IMG/VR virus record: IMGVR_UViG_3300046010_009647
Coordinates: 1-64,000 of that record
DNA from: a virus
DNA: 64,000 nt
Reading direction: 5' to 3' (one strand)
Under the pieces are notes generated by a model. It was not told the origin of the DNA. It worked only from the letters and a program-made list of their open reading frames with translations, and did no database searches. The position numbers and the translations under genes are program-made. Below, piece after piece: positions 36,851 through 46,555 of the stretch (positions are counted from its first letter, which is position 1; each line of letters opens with the position of its first letter).

Positions 36851-38380
36851 TTATGGTTTGTAAGGAAGGCCGTTCTTGTCGAACATCGTGAAACCTTGCA
36901 TCACAATAAATTGAGTTGGGACATTGAATAGTTTTTGCATCATTGGCATCATCATTGGAGATTGGCAGTTATATGGCGGTACATCCATTTGGGATAATGA
37001 AAAACGATTCAAGTCGGATGCCAGTGCTTCTTTCTGCTCATTCTCTGTTTGATCAACAAGTTTTTGTTCCCACGCTGCCATGCTCCCAACACCTACAGGG
37101 AAATCAGAAGGCTCGGGCGGGAATGTATTATCTGCAAACTTAAGTGCGTAGATGTGTTTGCAATAACGTAATTCATCGAGCAGTGGTTCCCAATTATCTG
37201 TTAAAGATGTGACGGTTCCTCTGTCACTACTGTAATCTTGATAGGCAGGCATTCCATCTGACGCAGTACCAGGGATGGCGGGGTTTGGTGTCTTCCTAGT
37301 GTAAGTTGCGCCAAAATCTCTGTATACACCAGGGTTGTCGCGTGTTGCGTTACGATCCACCTTGGATGGGGCAACGTCAAAAGGAAGTGTAAAACCACTA
37401 GGTGCATAGACAGTCATCTGCCTGTTTACGGCTGCAACCGTCATGGCACTGTTGTTTAAGACACCTGCCAGTGTGGTTTCTTCGTAACGACCGGGCTTGA
37501 TTGAAGAAGCACCACTGCGTGGATACAGTTTCTTGATGGGTTTGGTGATGTCACGCATGAAGGCAAAATCACGGTGCGTAAAGTCTTGACACGAACAACA
37601 AAACCTTGCACCTGTAATGAGATAACGCCCAATCGTAAAGGGCTGTGGAGCAGGGGAAATATACTCTTTGTCTGGTGTAACTTGAACAGATCCCGATTTG
37701 CGTACCGTTAATACACCCGTCGTTGGGTTTGTAGCAACCAAGACGGCCTGGATATAGCCATATCGCTTTTGCGTTTGTGGGTCAATAGTGTCGCGATCAA
37801 TGATTTCTCCGTCAACAGAAATGACACGATCTTCAAGGATCTCACTATTTAACGGTGTCAAACCACCTGGTACCCCTGGAACCGCAACAAAGAATGGCGG
37901 AGGAAGTGGGTTGCCTGCACTCCAGGAACCAGCAAGTTTTACGTACCAGTTATTTGCATCTTCTGTAATTGATTCAACGAATAGCCTTTGATTGGTAATG
38001 GGATCTTTTAGTTTGTCGCTACGCATGGATCCGGCATAACGCCAGCCAGCCCAGTGCATACCCATCTCTTTGTTCCTAGTCGGGAACCCGACAAAAGTCC
38101 CGGATACAACAGGAGATGGATTAACAACAGAACTTGGCGTGCCAGATGGCACGGGAATTTGATATTGGAATGGGTAATTGTATCCGTTGTCGAAGAAAGT
38201 TGCTGTTGCTAGTTCATAGCCACGGCGCCAACGAGACCACGCAGACTCTCTATTGGCAGAGTAAATAGAATCTGGAACTGAGCCCTTAGAGAATTCAGTC
38301 GTTATCGGTTTAACGGACCGTGGATCAAAAACCTCGGACCGACTGAAATTACCAAAAGAGCTTCCACTCTTTTTGGCCAT
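36851..38380 (-). CDS. hypothetical protein with a split SWIM-like zinc motif
   Basis: FCCSCQDF ... YCKHIYAL. Confidence 0.65.
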   Translation of the reverse strand: MAKKSGSSFGNFSRSEVFDPRSVKPITTEFSKGSVPDSIYSANRESAWSRWRRGYELATATFFDNGYNYPFQYQIPVPSGTPSSVVNPSPVVSGTFVGFPTRNKEMGMHWAGWRYAGSMRSDKLKDPITNQRLFVESITEDANNWYVKLAGSWSAGNPLPPPFFVAVPGVPGGLTPLNSEILEDRVISVDGEIIDRDTIDPQTQKRYGYIQAVLVATNPTTGVLTVRKSGSVQVTPDKEYISPAPQPFTIGRYLITGARFCCSCQDFTHRDFAFMRDITKPIKKLYPRSGASSIKPGRYEETTLAGVLNNSAMTVAAVNRQMTVYAPSGFTLPFDVAPSKVDRNATRDNPGVYRDFGATYTRKTPNPAIPGTASDGMPAYQDYSSDRGTVTSLTDNWEPLLDELRYCKHIYALKFADNTFPPEPSDFPVGVGSMAAWEQKLVDQTENEQKEALASDLNRFSLSQMDVPPYNCQSPMMMPMMQKLFNVPTQFIVMQGFTMFDKNGLPYKP

Positions 38381-38382
38381 AA

Positions 38383-39162
38383 TCAGAAGAAGCCGCCTTG
38401 GGCAAGGATATGAGCCCCTGGGATGTAGCCGGAAACGTTGGGACCATCAGGGAACACACCAACGTAAATGCGGTCACCTCGCTCCAGGTAAACACCTTTA
38501 TTGCGTAACGGAGCAGTAGGACCTAATCCAGTGGTATTACCAGCTTGTGCAACAGGAGCGGCAAGTTGTGGCATCAGATCTGAGCAGTCAACTGTGCCAC
38601 TGTTGGCAGGGAGAGTCTTGGCGAAGAGTACGCGGTAATCACCTGACGCAGGGATAGGTACGGTCGTACCACGGGTTTGGTAGAACACAAAAGTTACCGC
38701 CGGCTGGTAGCCGTAAGCAACACCATTGAACAGGAAACCGCTCGATGTACCACCAGAGTACACAAGAGACGTATTAACGCCCGTTAGTGTTGCACCACCA
38801 GTATATGTGTAATAGCCGTAACCACTTGCGGCAGGAGTGGTCAAGACCCCAGTGGCAGCAACAAACACAACCTGACCACTGACAAGAGATACAACAGTGC
38901 CAGAAGTCGAAGCGTTAACGGTGTAATCTGGGCCACGATAGAAATCATTGCGGCTGATCGTAATGGAATCAACAATACCGCCGTTGTTATTATCCTCTTG
39001 CAGAGCAGCATCCATATCGACCAAGATCGATGGAGCCTGGCCGCCCTGTACAAAAAGGGTATTGGCAGTAGAACTACCAACTGTCTGTGTCGTTACACGA
39101 ACCGAATCGAATAACGGACGATCAATAAGCAATGGTTGCTTGTTGGTGCTAGTCGACGCCAA
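38383..39162 (-). CDS. virion structural protein
   Basis: Gly/Thr-rich ORF in the late operon. Confidence 0.65.
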   Translation of the reverse strand: MASTSTNKQPLLIDRPLFDSVRVTTQTVGSSTANTLFVQGGQAPSILVDMDAALQEDNNNGGIVDSITISRNDFYRGPDYTVNASTSGTVVSLVSGQVVFVAATGVLTTPAASGYGYYTYTGGATLTGVNTSLVYSGGTSSGFLFNGVAYGYQPAVTFVFYQTRGTTVPIPASGDYRVLFAKTLPANSGTVDCSDLMPQLAAPVAQAGNTTGLGPTAPLRNKGVYLERGDRIYVGVFPDGPNVSGYIPGAHILAQGGFF

Positions 39163-39204
39163 TGTTCTACTGCGCTTTTACTGATTCGTTTATTCTAACT
39201 TGTT

Positions 39205-39918
39205 TTACTCGTAAAGATTTGTGTTTAAAAACATTTGGAAGGGATCGATTAAAAGATTTGAACGCGGCGGATTAAATGCCTGGCTCATAAGTTCTTGTTT
39301 GAACATATCTTTAACGGAGAGTTCTTTTGGTTGATTAGCAGCCAAGGCTGCCATCAGTCCCTGGAACAAGCCAGATGTTTGTTCGGGTGTACTCTGTGAA
39401 GTAGAAGTGGAAGCAGACGTAGGAGAAGCTTGTGGTGTTTGTCCATAAACTTTCTGCAGCTCGGAAAGCTTTTTAACGGGTTGGCCGTAATAGCTTTGAC
39501 CACTTTCTGTTGGCAGAGAAGCCCACTCAGGTGCTAGGGCAGCAGAAACCTTTGGACTAAAACCTTCCTTTTCTAAAACTGATAAACCACCAATCGGCAT
39601 CAAACGATTGCGCATCAGACGTACTGCAGCAAGATCTTGGCTTTGTTGACCAAAATCAGACAGTCCTAAAGCTTTTGCTTGGGCTTCCCAAGTGAACGGC
39701 ATGAGCTGATAAGCGCCTGCTGCAGCGCTTGAATATTTACCGCCTTTAATGACTTTATCTGGATGGCGCTTTAAGTCTGGAGCAAGACCGCCACCAAACA
39801 TCACGCGATAAGAATCCGGTCCACCACGTTCAGTACCTTCTGCAAAACGAATTACTCGTAAAGCATTCTGAATGGCGGGTTTTGGTACGAAGCTTTGAAG
39901 TAATTCGCGTTCTGTCAT
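39205..39918 (-). CDS. lambda-R-like muramidase, probably virion-associated
   Basis: I..AEGT...Y...FGG...HP...S.AAGAYQ...TW...QD..A...EWASLP. Confidence 0.85.
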   Translation of the reverse strand: MTERELLQSFVPKPAIQNALRVIRFAEGTERGGPDSYRVMFGGGLAPDLKRHPDKVIKGGKYSSAAAGAYQLMPFTWEAQAKALGLSDFGQQSQDLAAVRLMRNRLMPIGGLSVLEKEGFSPKVSAALAPEWASLPTESGQSYYGQPVKKLSELQKVYGQTPQASPTSASTSTSQSTPEQTSGLFQGLMAALAANQPKELSVKDMFKQELMSQAFNPPRSNLLIDPFQMFLNTNLYE

Positions 39919-39928
39919 TTTTATTGCC

Positions 39929-40045
39929 TCATTCTCCTACCCAATTTGAACTCGCTTTGAGACCAGGAATAAATACAGCTTGTAATGCAACAACGAGGCT
40001 GAGCTTGGTCGCAAGGCGTTTAACAAAATTAGGGCAGAGAATCAT
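39929..40045 (-). CDS. 38-aa signal-peptide-like ORF (not in track)
   Basis: MILCPNFVKRLATKLSLVVALQAVFIPGLKASSNWVGE*. Confidence 0.45.
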   Translation of the reverse strand: MILCPNFVKRLATKLSLVVALQAVFIPGLKASSNWVGE

Positions 40046-40131
40046 GGGTCTAAAGCAACAACACTGGCCCCCGTGAATCAAGGATTCGTGTCCAGTAGGT
40101 TGGGCTTACATGCTAAGCAATGCCAAAGATT

Positions 40132-41082
40132 TTACTTATTGGTAAGAATACGTGCAAGCATTGCCTGTCTGTAGGCTTCTGCAAGATCTTGTGCTTGTGT
40201 CTGAGGAGTTGGCGCTGTCTGCGGCATAGGAGTAACCAAAGACCCGCCACCTGTTACAGCATTAAACATAGACTCTGTTGCAGAACCAAAAGAAGGCAAC
40301 TGCCCGGGCATTGGTGTCACATCGGGACGAACACCAAATTCATTAGCGGGAGCAACGGCATTTAACATTGCTTCTGATTCAGCCGGGAGAGCAGGCACTG
40401 GTGCGCCACCAGGGTACAACGTACGTTGTATAGCTTCATAACCAGATTGACCGGGCTTCACTTGCTTGGCAAGACCGCCATATTTTGCAGCCCAAATCTC
40501 CATGCCTTTATCACGTAGATCATTGCGCAATTGACCAACGTTTTGGAACTCAGGATTTTGTGCGGTTAACTGAGCAATACGACTACGTTCTGCGTTATAA
40601 GCTTGTTCTTCTGGTGAAAGTTTGACGGGAGGTGTTACAGAAGGTGGACGTGTCCCACCAGGTGCTGCTGGTTGGCGTGCAGGTTCTGCAGCAGCAAGTG
40701 CTAGTTGATCAGCGGAAAATAAACTACCGTACTGTCCACCGACGTTCCCGGGAGCACGTTTATAAACAAGATCTTGACCACTTTGTGCAGGATACCAAGT
40801 CTGACCGCCTACGTTAATGGGACCAGTTGCTGCAGTCGTTTGATTCCAACCACCTTTGCCTAGTAAAACTTCTTGACCACCAAGTTTAGCGCCATAGAGA
40901 TTAGGCACTGCTCCGCCGCCAACTCCTGAAAGGTTTTGAAGCATTCCAATAAACGGGTTGGCAGGCTTAGCGCCCGTAATTGCCCCTCCTGAACGAAGCC
41001 TGTTGAGGACGGCTTGTTGCTCCCTTGCACGTTGCTGGGCAGCAGCGCTCGTAGTTGGTTTACGATTCATAATTACCTCCAA
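40132..41082 (-). CDS. low-complexity (Pro/Gln/Gly/Ala) virion protein
   Basis: ORF in the late operon; GGAGG RBS before the second Met. Confidence 0.65.
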   Translation of the reverse strand: MEVIMNRKPTTSAAAQQRAREQQAVLNRLRSGGAITGAKPANPFIGMLQNLSGVGGGAVPNLYGAKLGGQEVLLGKGGWNQTTAATGPINVGGQTWYPAQSGQDLVYKRAPGNVGGQYGSLFSADQLALAAAEPARQPAAPGGTRPPSVTPPVKLSPEEQAYNAERSRIAQLTAQNPEFQNVGQLRNDLRDKGMEIWAAKYGGLAKQVKPGQSGYEAIQRTLYPGGAPVPALPAESEAMLNAVAPANEFGVRPDVTPMPGQLPSFGSATESMFNAVTGGGSLVTPMPQTAPTPQTQAQDLAEAYRQAMLARILTNK

Positions 41083-41534
41083 ACCTCATGTAAATAAATG
41101 CGTGATCCCACAGCCGTATCGGCAGGGCCAGGTAAAGCCTGGATAAATTCAGCACCAGAGCGTTCGTAACGATATCTGGCTTGGAACGGATCCTTGTAGT
41201 TGGGAACGTAAAGGATGCCGGCTAAACGGTTGGTTTCGTAGAGATAAATCTCATCCCAAACCTTGAGTGCCTCTTTGGCATTACTGGATCTGATCGTACG
41301 ATCAACGTCACCAACAATACTTTCAAGGCGGGTAGAAGGTGAAGTAGCAACTTCAGTCTTCTTTTCAGCTGTGTCGCAGCGACCAATCTGAATAACGATC
41401 TTGTCGTAAAAGTACGAATCTGGGACCGTATTCATTGCTTCTTCCAGACGGGCATAGTCACCCGCTGGCACGGAAACCGTGAAGTAGCCCAGATGATACC
41501 GGACTCTACTTTTATCAAAGTCGCTGAGCTGCAC
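41073..41534 (-). CDS. putative head completion/adaptor protein
   Basis: Size, position downstream of the MCP, and ..RVRYHLGY N-terminus. Confidence 0.5.
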   Translation of the reverse strand: MQLSDFDKSRVRYHLGYFTVSVPAGDYARLEEAMNTVPDSYFYDKIVIQIGRCDTAEKKTEVATSPSTRLESIVGDVDRTIRSSNAKEALKVWDEIYLYETNRLAGILYVPNYKDPFQARYRYERSGAEFIQALPGPADTAVGSRIYLHEVWR

Positions 41535-41573
41535 AGCTTATTTCCGTATGTTCTCAATTATAAATGAACTGAA

Positions 41574-42206
41574 TTAAGCAAGATAAGGATTCAGCTCGGA
41601 CGAAAGAAGAGTATTGAATAAATCTGGTGTAGCACTTGGGCGCAACATTTGCTGAACCATTTCACGTTTAAATTGTGTTTTGGGACTTTCTTTTTGTTGT
41701 CCCATAAGTAGCGAGCCGAGTAAATAACCAACCATCTGATCTTGTTCATTGGATTGATTGGAAACAGAGCCAGGATTCTCTGACGAGACTGCTGCTGTAC
41801 TTGCTGTCGGCATTACATCGGTTAGCTTGCCATCTGGTGCTTTGTAACGACCAGTAGCAAGCCATTCAAGTTGTGGGTCAGTAATGAATTTTTTCCCTGC
41901 TAGTGCCAGGTGTACATGTGTGTCATGACCAGGATCACCGGGGCCGAGGGCTTCGTTAAATAAACCAAGCTGCTTAGCTCGCCAACTTAATTCACCCGTG
42001 CGCTGCTTCCAAGGGATTGCTTTCCCCCCTTCGTAGGCAGGGGCAACATCTGGACGCCAATCGGTAACGTCAATTGCCAAACCCTTGGGATGATAGCCCG
42101 TAGGTGAATGCCCACTTCCTACACCACCAAAGGCAGGGTTTTCACCAACACGTAAACCAAAACGCTGGAGGTATTTACCAATATCGACAATTGATCTTTC
42201 AGCCAT
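41574..42206 (-). CDS. M15-like zinc peptidase domain virion protein
   Basis: H..G.AIDV ... H..HVH. Confidence 0.65.
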   Translation of the reverse strand: MAERSIVDIGKYLQRFGLRVGENPAFGGVGSGHSPTGYHPKGLAIDVTDWRPDVAPAYEGGKAIPWKQRTGELSWRAKQLGLFNEALGPGDPGHDTHVHLALAGKKFITDPQLEWLATGRYKAPDGKLTDVMPTASTAAVSSENPGSVSNQSNEQDQMVGYLLGSLLMGQQKESPKTQFKREMVQQMLRPSATPDLFNTLLSSELNPYLA

Positions 42207-42234
42207 CGTATGTTTTATTTTTAATTGTAAGACT

Positions 42235-42259
42235 AAAAAACCCCTGGTTTCCCAGGGGC
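42235..42259 (-). terminator. intrinsic terminator
   Basis: - strand CCCCTGG-gaaa-CCAGGGG-TTTTTT. Confidence 0.85.
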
Positions 42260-42278
42260 TTTATGGGGAGATGAGTAA

Positions 42279-42707
42279 TCAAACTCTGATCAGGTCGGCT
42301 GCCAGGACTGAGTCCCAGTCAACACGTTTGATTTGTTTTAACTGTTCGAGATTGTTGAACCTTTCACCCGATAAGGACATCTGAAGATCTTTAATCTCTC
42401 GGGCTGTTTTCAATCCAATACCCTTAATATGATCAGCAATCATTTGGGCGGTAGCTGAATTGATATTTAAACGGTTGTCCGGGGGGAAAGTCCGTGGCTC
42501 TTCCTGTGCAGCTTTATCTTTTACTTGAAGCGTTTTTACCGTTTTGGTAGCAGCTTCATCAGGTGTAAGTTCAGTTCTGTAAGCGGTATAAAGGCGACCG
42601 TCTTGGTCTTCGACCATGTACCAATCGCCGTTATCCCATTCGCTTACAATCTTGACTCTTGCACCTGTTTTTTTGTGTTGATAAAGCATTGCTGCAGTGG
42701 TTGACAT
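42279..42707 (-). CDS. helix-hairpin-helix DNA-binding protein
   Basis: LNINSAT...I...IKGIG.K.A..I...F..LE.L..I. Confidence 0.8.
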   Translation of the reverse strand: MSTTAAMLYQHKKTGARVKIVSEWDNGDWYMVEDQDGRLYTAYRTELTPDEAATKTVKTLQVKDKAAQEEPRTFPPDNRLNINSATAQMIADHIKGIGLKTAREIKDLQMSLSGERFNNLEQLKQIKRVDWDSVLAADLIRV

Positions 42708-42742
42708 AAGACCAGTTTGTTACTGGTCTTAGTTTAACCTAA

Positions 42743-43534
42743 TCAGCTAACAGTGCGGCCCAGGAGGTAGCCATCGATATCTTCGTAGCCGGCAGCGGTA
42801 TCAGGCTGCAGGTAGCACACTTCAACCACGAAGTAACCAGTACGGCCAGCAGATGCATCACCACTGGAGATGTACCAACCACCAGAGGTGGAGGTAGCGG
42901 TCTGCGAACCACGTGCCTGGACGGTATAGGTGGTAGCAGCAGTGATCTGCTTGTACACGTTATTGACGGTCACACCAGCGGCACCGGTAGCAGTCAGGAA
43001 AGGCTGAGTGCTGTAGGCGGCAGCGCCAGCGGTGAAGAAGATTTCACCAGGCTGTGCACCAGAGGTGGTGGAGGTCAGGTTGGCTTGAGCCACGGCTTCA
43101 CCAACGGTGCCGGTGGAAGTAAGGCCAGGACCAAAGGTGATCACGTTGCCAGTGGCAGCGTAGATACCAGAAGCCACACGACCATCACCCCAGCCAGAAG
43201 CCACGGAAGCGGTAGCGCGATACACATAGGCAGGAATGGTGGCATCACCAGAGATCACCATGCCGGTGATGTCGGGACGGGTGTCATCATTCCGATAAGG
43301 GGAAGGAACAATCACACTGCCGGAAGCAACTGCACCACCACCAGAGGTAGCGGTAACAGCCACGTAACCACGCTGCTGGAAATAACGGTAGCCAGGGACG
43401 GCCAGCACAGAAGTGGGGCCACCCTTGGAACCATCATTAACACCTGCATAGTCGGCATCAATATTCTTGTACCAACCGTTCAGAGGTTCTGCCCAGTTAC
43501 CTGGGAAGATTTTTTTAGCGGACAAATAGGTCAT
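42743..43534 (-). CDS. abundant virion protein (decoration or tail)
   Basis: Directly after the MCP, with the same strong codon bias. Confidence 0.6.
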   Translation of the reverse strand: MTYLSAKKIFPGNWAEPLNGWYKNIDADYAGVNDGSKGGPTSVLAVPGYRYFQQRGYVAVTATSGGGAVASGSVIVPSPYRNDDTRPDITGMVISGDATIPAYVYRATASVASGWGDGRVASGIYAATGNVITFGPGLTSTGTVGEAVAQANLTSTTSGAQPGEIFFTAGAAAYSTQPFLTATGAAGVTVNNVYKQITAATTYTVQARGSQTATSTSGGWYISSGDASAGRTGYFVVEVCYLQPDTAAGYEDIDGYLLGRTVS

Positions 43535-43567
43535 TTATCTTTTCCTATGTTGTTTATACGTTAGTTA

Positions 43568-44737
43568 TCAGATAGAGCCGTCATCTTGAACGAAGCTGTA
43601 GGCAGTGGTCACGAAGTCCTTGTTCAGGATCTCGAAGCCAGCGTACAGTTGCCAAATCAGGATGATAAAGCGGCTGAAGTCATCGTTGTTGTTGATCAGC
43701 ACCTGAGCATTCGGGCCGCCGATGCCAACGCCAACAGACTGAGGACCGAAGAAGAAGCCTTGGGCCACTTCTTTCGAGGAGTAGGTGTTACCGGTACCAA
43801 CATCAAAGGATGCAGTAACGCTCTTGGTCGGGAAGTTGGTCGACTCGAAGAACTTCACACCTTCGAACTGAACACCAGTCGGCATCACAGGCTCACCAGC
43901 CAGGAAGTAACCCTGACCAGCTTGGGGACCCATGTAGAAGCTGGAGTTGTTAGGCATCATGGGGTTACCCATGTACATGCCTTGACCAGGATTGCCGCTA
44001 TAACGGGCGATCTCACGGAAGTCGGGATCACGACGCAGGTGCATCATGAAGGTAGGATCGCAGATGCAGCGATACAGACCATCAGCGAAGGTCGGGGTGT
44101 TACGCTTGCGCAGATCCTTAACAACGGTCAGCAGGTCGGTACGCACCTGGAACTGCTGCACTTCATTGCCGTATTCAGTGGCAGTATAGCCAATACGACC
44201 AGAAGCATCTTTGGTCTTACCACCAGCGAAGTAGTAACCGCCTTGGGTGGTAGAAGCAGCGCCATTAGCTTCTGCTTTCGACAGTTCGTCAATGAAGACG
44301 CGGTCACGCCAACGGCGATAGTCGTCAAGCAGCGTCAGGCTACCGATCGACTGGTGGAACATATTCAGGTTACCGGTGTCCAGCAGCAGACGCTGGGCGG
44401 TAATCAGAGTTTCACGAGCGATCTTGAAGGTCGAAGGCTGGGTCGGATCACCCGGATCTGCAGGACCAGTGTATTCCTTAAGCACCACCAGGACTTTCTC
44501 CTTGGTGATGTTACGGCTGTTAGCGGTACCGATGGTTTGGTCGGCAATACGCTCACGGCTGTCCTTAGTACCAGGGGTACCCCAGAACTTATAGCGGTCT
44601 AACTGAACGGTTTGACCAGGCTGACGAGTGAAGTCGTGAACAACCACGGGCTCGACTGCCATTTCTGCGATATACGCAGGGTGGGGACGGTAAAGTTCCG
44701 CACCCAAAATCTTTGGAAAATCGTTATCAATGAACAC
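43568..44737 (-). CDS. major capsid protein
   Basis: 389 aa; position after portal and scaffold; strong codon bias; GGAGG RBS; PGQTVQ..RY, G....GV.F.ES, DDF.R pattern. Confidence 0.85.
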   Translation of the reverse strand: MFIDNDFPKILGAELYRPHPAYIAEMAVEPVVVHDFTRQPGQTVQLDRYKFWGTPGTKDSRERIADQTIGTANSRNITKEKVLVVLKEYTGPADPGDPTQPSTFKIARETLITAQRLLLDTGNLNMFHQSIGSLTLLDDYRRWRDRVFIDELSKAEANGAASTTQGGYYFAGGKTKDASGRIGYTATEYGNEVQQFQVRTDLLTVVKDLRKRNTPTFADGLYRCICDPTFMMHLRRDPDFREIARYSGNPGQGMYMGNPMMPNNSSFYMGPQAGQGYFLAGEPVMPTGVQFEGVKFFESTNFPTKSVTASFDVGTGNTYSSKEVAQGFFFGPQSVGVGIGGPNAQVLINNNDDFSRFIILIWQLYAGFEILNKDFVTTAYSFVQDDGSI

Positions 44738-44841
44738 TTTGTTTTATCCTCCAGTGTCGCAGGAAGTGTTTTATCGGGTGAAAGAGTCAGACATGAGTAT
44801 GTCTTATCTAACACAAATTTTAGCAGTGCGTAATTTATTTA

Positions 44842-45582
44842 TTACACGTACTGCATGGTTGTCATCCCAAGTCCTCGAGGGTTTTGGGAAACGTATGGAT
44901 CCTCAGGGTCAAGTACAGGTTGCTGGACGAAACCTGGGACGCCCGCCATCTGTGCAAGACTAGCCGTACCTCCGCCAACAAGACCACCAAGACCTGCAAC
45001 AACAGGAAGACCTGCCATATACAAACCTTGTTTTACACGATTGCCCTCAACAGCAGATAAAGCCTTTTGCTGGGCAGCCATGATTTGGTTCCCATATTCA
45101 GTGGCTTTATCTAAAGCTGCTCGAGCCGTAGATGTCGCGCCTGCTTCTGCTGCTTTAACTCCACGATTTAAGTAAGGGAGCGCAGCCTCGCCATAACCTT
45201 GGGCAATATCCTGGAAGTTTGCTCTGGCAATATTAGAAGATTGGCCTAAAGCACCAATACGGGATCCTACTAAAGCACCAAGGCCGCCTGCACCTGCTGC
45301 TTCTAGGAGAATACGCCCAGGATCCTTTTCCTCTTCTCCAAGAAGATTCCCGGCTACTGATCCACCGGCACCAATAAGACCATATGCTAAAGGTGCATAT
45401 TGAGTAGTCTTAGTAGGACTCAAATATTCAGGTAACTTACCTAAATACTTGCCAGCAAGGAGGTCTTGCGTTTTATCAAGACCTCCTTCGAGAGCGTTAA
45501 ATAAACGCTCTCTTGTGGATCCTTTGGGAACGGCGGCTCGCGCATCACTGAGTAAATTTGCACCGCGCGTTAAAATTCCCAC
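44842..45582 (-). CDS. Gly/Ala-rich internal virion protein
   Basis: Hydrophobic glycine-zipper segments. Confidence 0.6.
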   Translation of the reverse strand: MGILTRGANLLSDARAAVPKGSTRERLFNALEGGLDKTQDLLAGKYLGKLPEYLSPTKTTQYAPLAYGLIGAGGSVAGNLLGEEEKDPGRILLEAAGAGGLGALVGSRIGALGQSSNIARANFQDIAQGYGEAALPYLNRGVKAAEAGATSTARAALDKATEYGNQIMAAQQKALSAVEGNRVKQGLYMAGLPVVAGLGGLVGGGTASLAQMAGVPGFVQQPVLDPEDPYVSQNPRGLGMTTMQYV

Positions 45583-45586
45583 GACC

Positions 45587-46555
45587 TCACTCCATCACAA
45601 ACAGTTTGTTTGCAACAACTTGAGGCTGCGCTTGGTTAAGGAGACGCCAAGCTTGTGCAGGATCCACATCCATTTGTTGCTTGAAGCTGCCCCAGAAGTT
45701 TTCAGGTTGCTGAGGAGCAGAAGCAGAAGGAGGAGCAGGGAACTGGCCCAGCATCGGATTCACTGCTTCAGTGCGATAACCAGGGGTTTCAAGCTCGGTC
45801 TCGCTTTCGTACACAGGGTACGGACCTTCAGGACCAAAGAACTTCAGGGTGTAATCGCTGAGAACATCGGGGTTCGTCAGGATTTCGTTGTAAGCCAGGT
45901 TCTCTTGGTGCTCGTTGACCGCAAACTCAGCATAGTTTTCGATCAGACCTTTGGCTTGAGTGCCCCAGGCAACAGCACTATCCAGCATGCCTTCCAGTTG
46001 AAGGGCGTAGTTGTTGAGAATAGCTGGTGCTTCAACGCCGTACGCGCTTACCACGTGGCGGGTTTCTGGACTCCACTGGAGCAGGTCCGCTACGTCCTCC
46101 AAGGATTGAACCGAGAAGGTTTGGGAAGAGTTGGGCGAGGATGTCGGGTTGGCTTGCCAAGTCTGCGGAGCCGATTGTGGCGTAACTTGGGGCGCTTGCT
46201 GGCCGTAATTGGCCGGGGCGTACTGTGTCGTCGGAGCTGATGGTTGACCCTGGAACGGGGATTGAACTGGTGCGCTCAGCAGGTTCACCACCTTGTTGAA
46301 CGCCGATTCCCATGGGTTGCCCTGACTCTCCGATGGGGATTGGGGGGCGTACTGAGACGGGGCGGATTGGTAATTGGGGGCCGCCTGAGGTACCGCTTGG
46401 GGGTAGCTCGTACCCACCTGATACTGGACCGGAGCTGCCACTGGAGCCTGGGCTGCTGGTGCTGCCTGGTAACTGGGCACCACGTAGCTGCTGGGAGCCA
46501 CCGCTGCCGGAGTCGGGCTCGTCTGTGGGATCGATTGGACGGTAGCGTCCTGCAT
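45587..46555 (-). CDS. putative capsid scaffolding protein
   Basis: Gln/Pro-rich N-terminal half, helical C-terminal half, GGAG RBS, located between portal and MCP. Confidence 0.6.
   Translation of the reverse strand: MQDATVQSIPQTSPTPAAVAPSSYVVPSYQAAPAAQAPVAAPVQYQVGTSYPQAVPQAAPNYQSAPSQYAPQSPSESQGNPWESAFNKVVNLLSAPVQSPFQGQPSAPTTQYAPANYGQQAPQVTPQSAPQTWQANPTSSPNSSQTFSVQSLEDVADLLQWSPETRHVVSAYGVEAPAILNNYALQLEGMLDSAVAWGTQAKGLIENYAEFAVNEHQENLAYNEILTNPDVLSDYTLKFFGPEGPYPVYESETELETPGYRTEAVNPMLGQFPAPPSASAPQQPENFWGSFKQQMDVDPAQAWRLLNQAQPQVVANKLFVME

Noticed and set aside
43586-44602. 338-aa antisense ORF opposite the MCP (also 43085-43564 and 45449-46240)
   Set aside because: Expected shadow of strong codon bias in highly expressed genes; no recognisable protein features.
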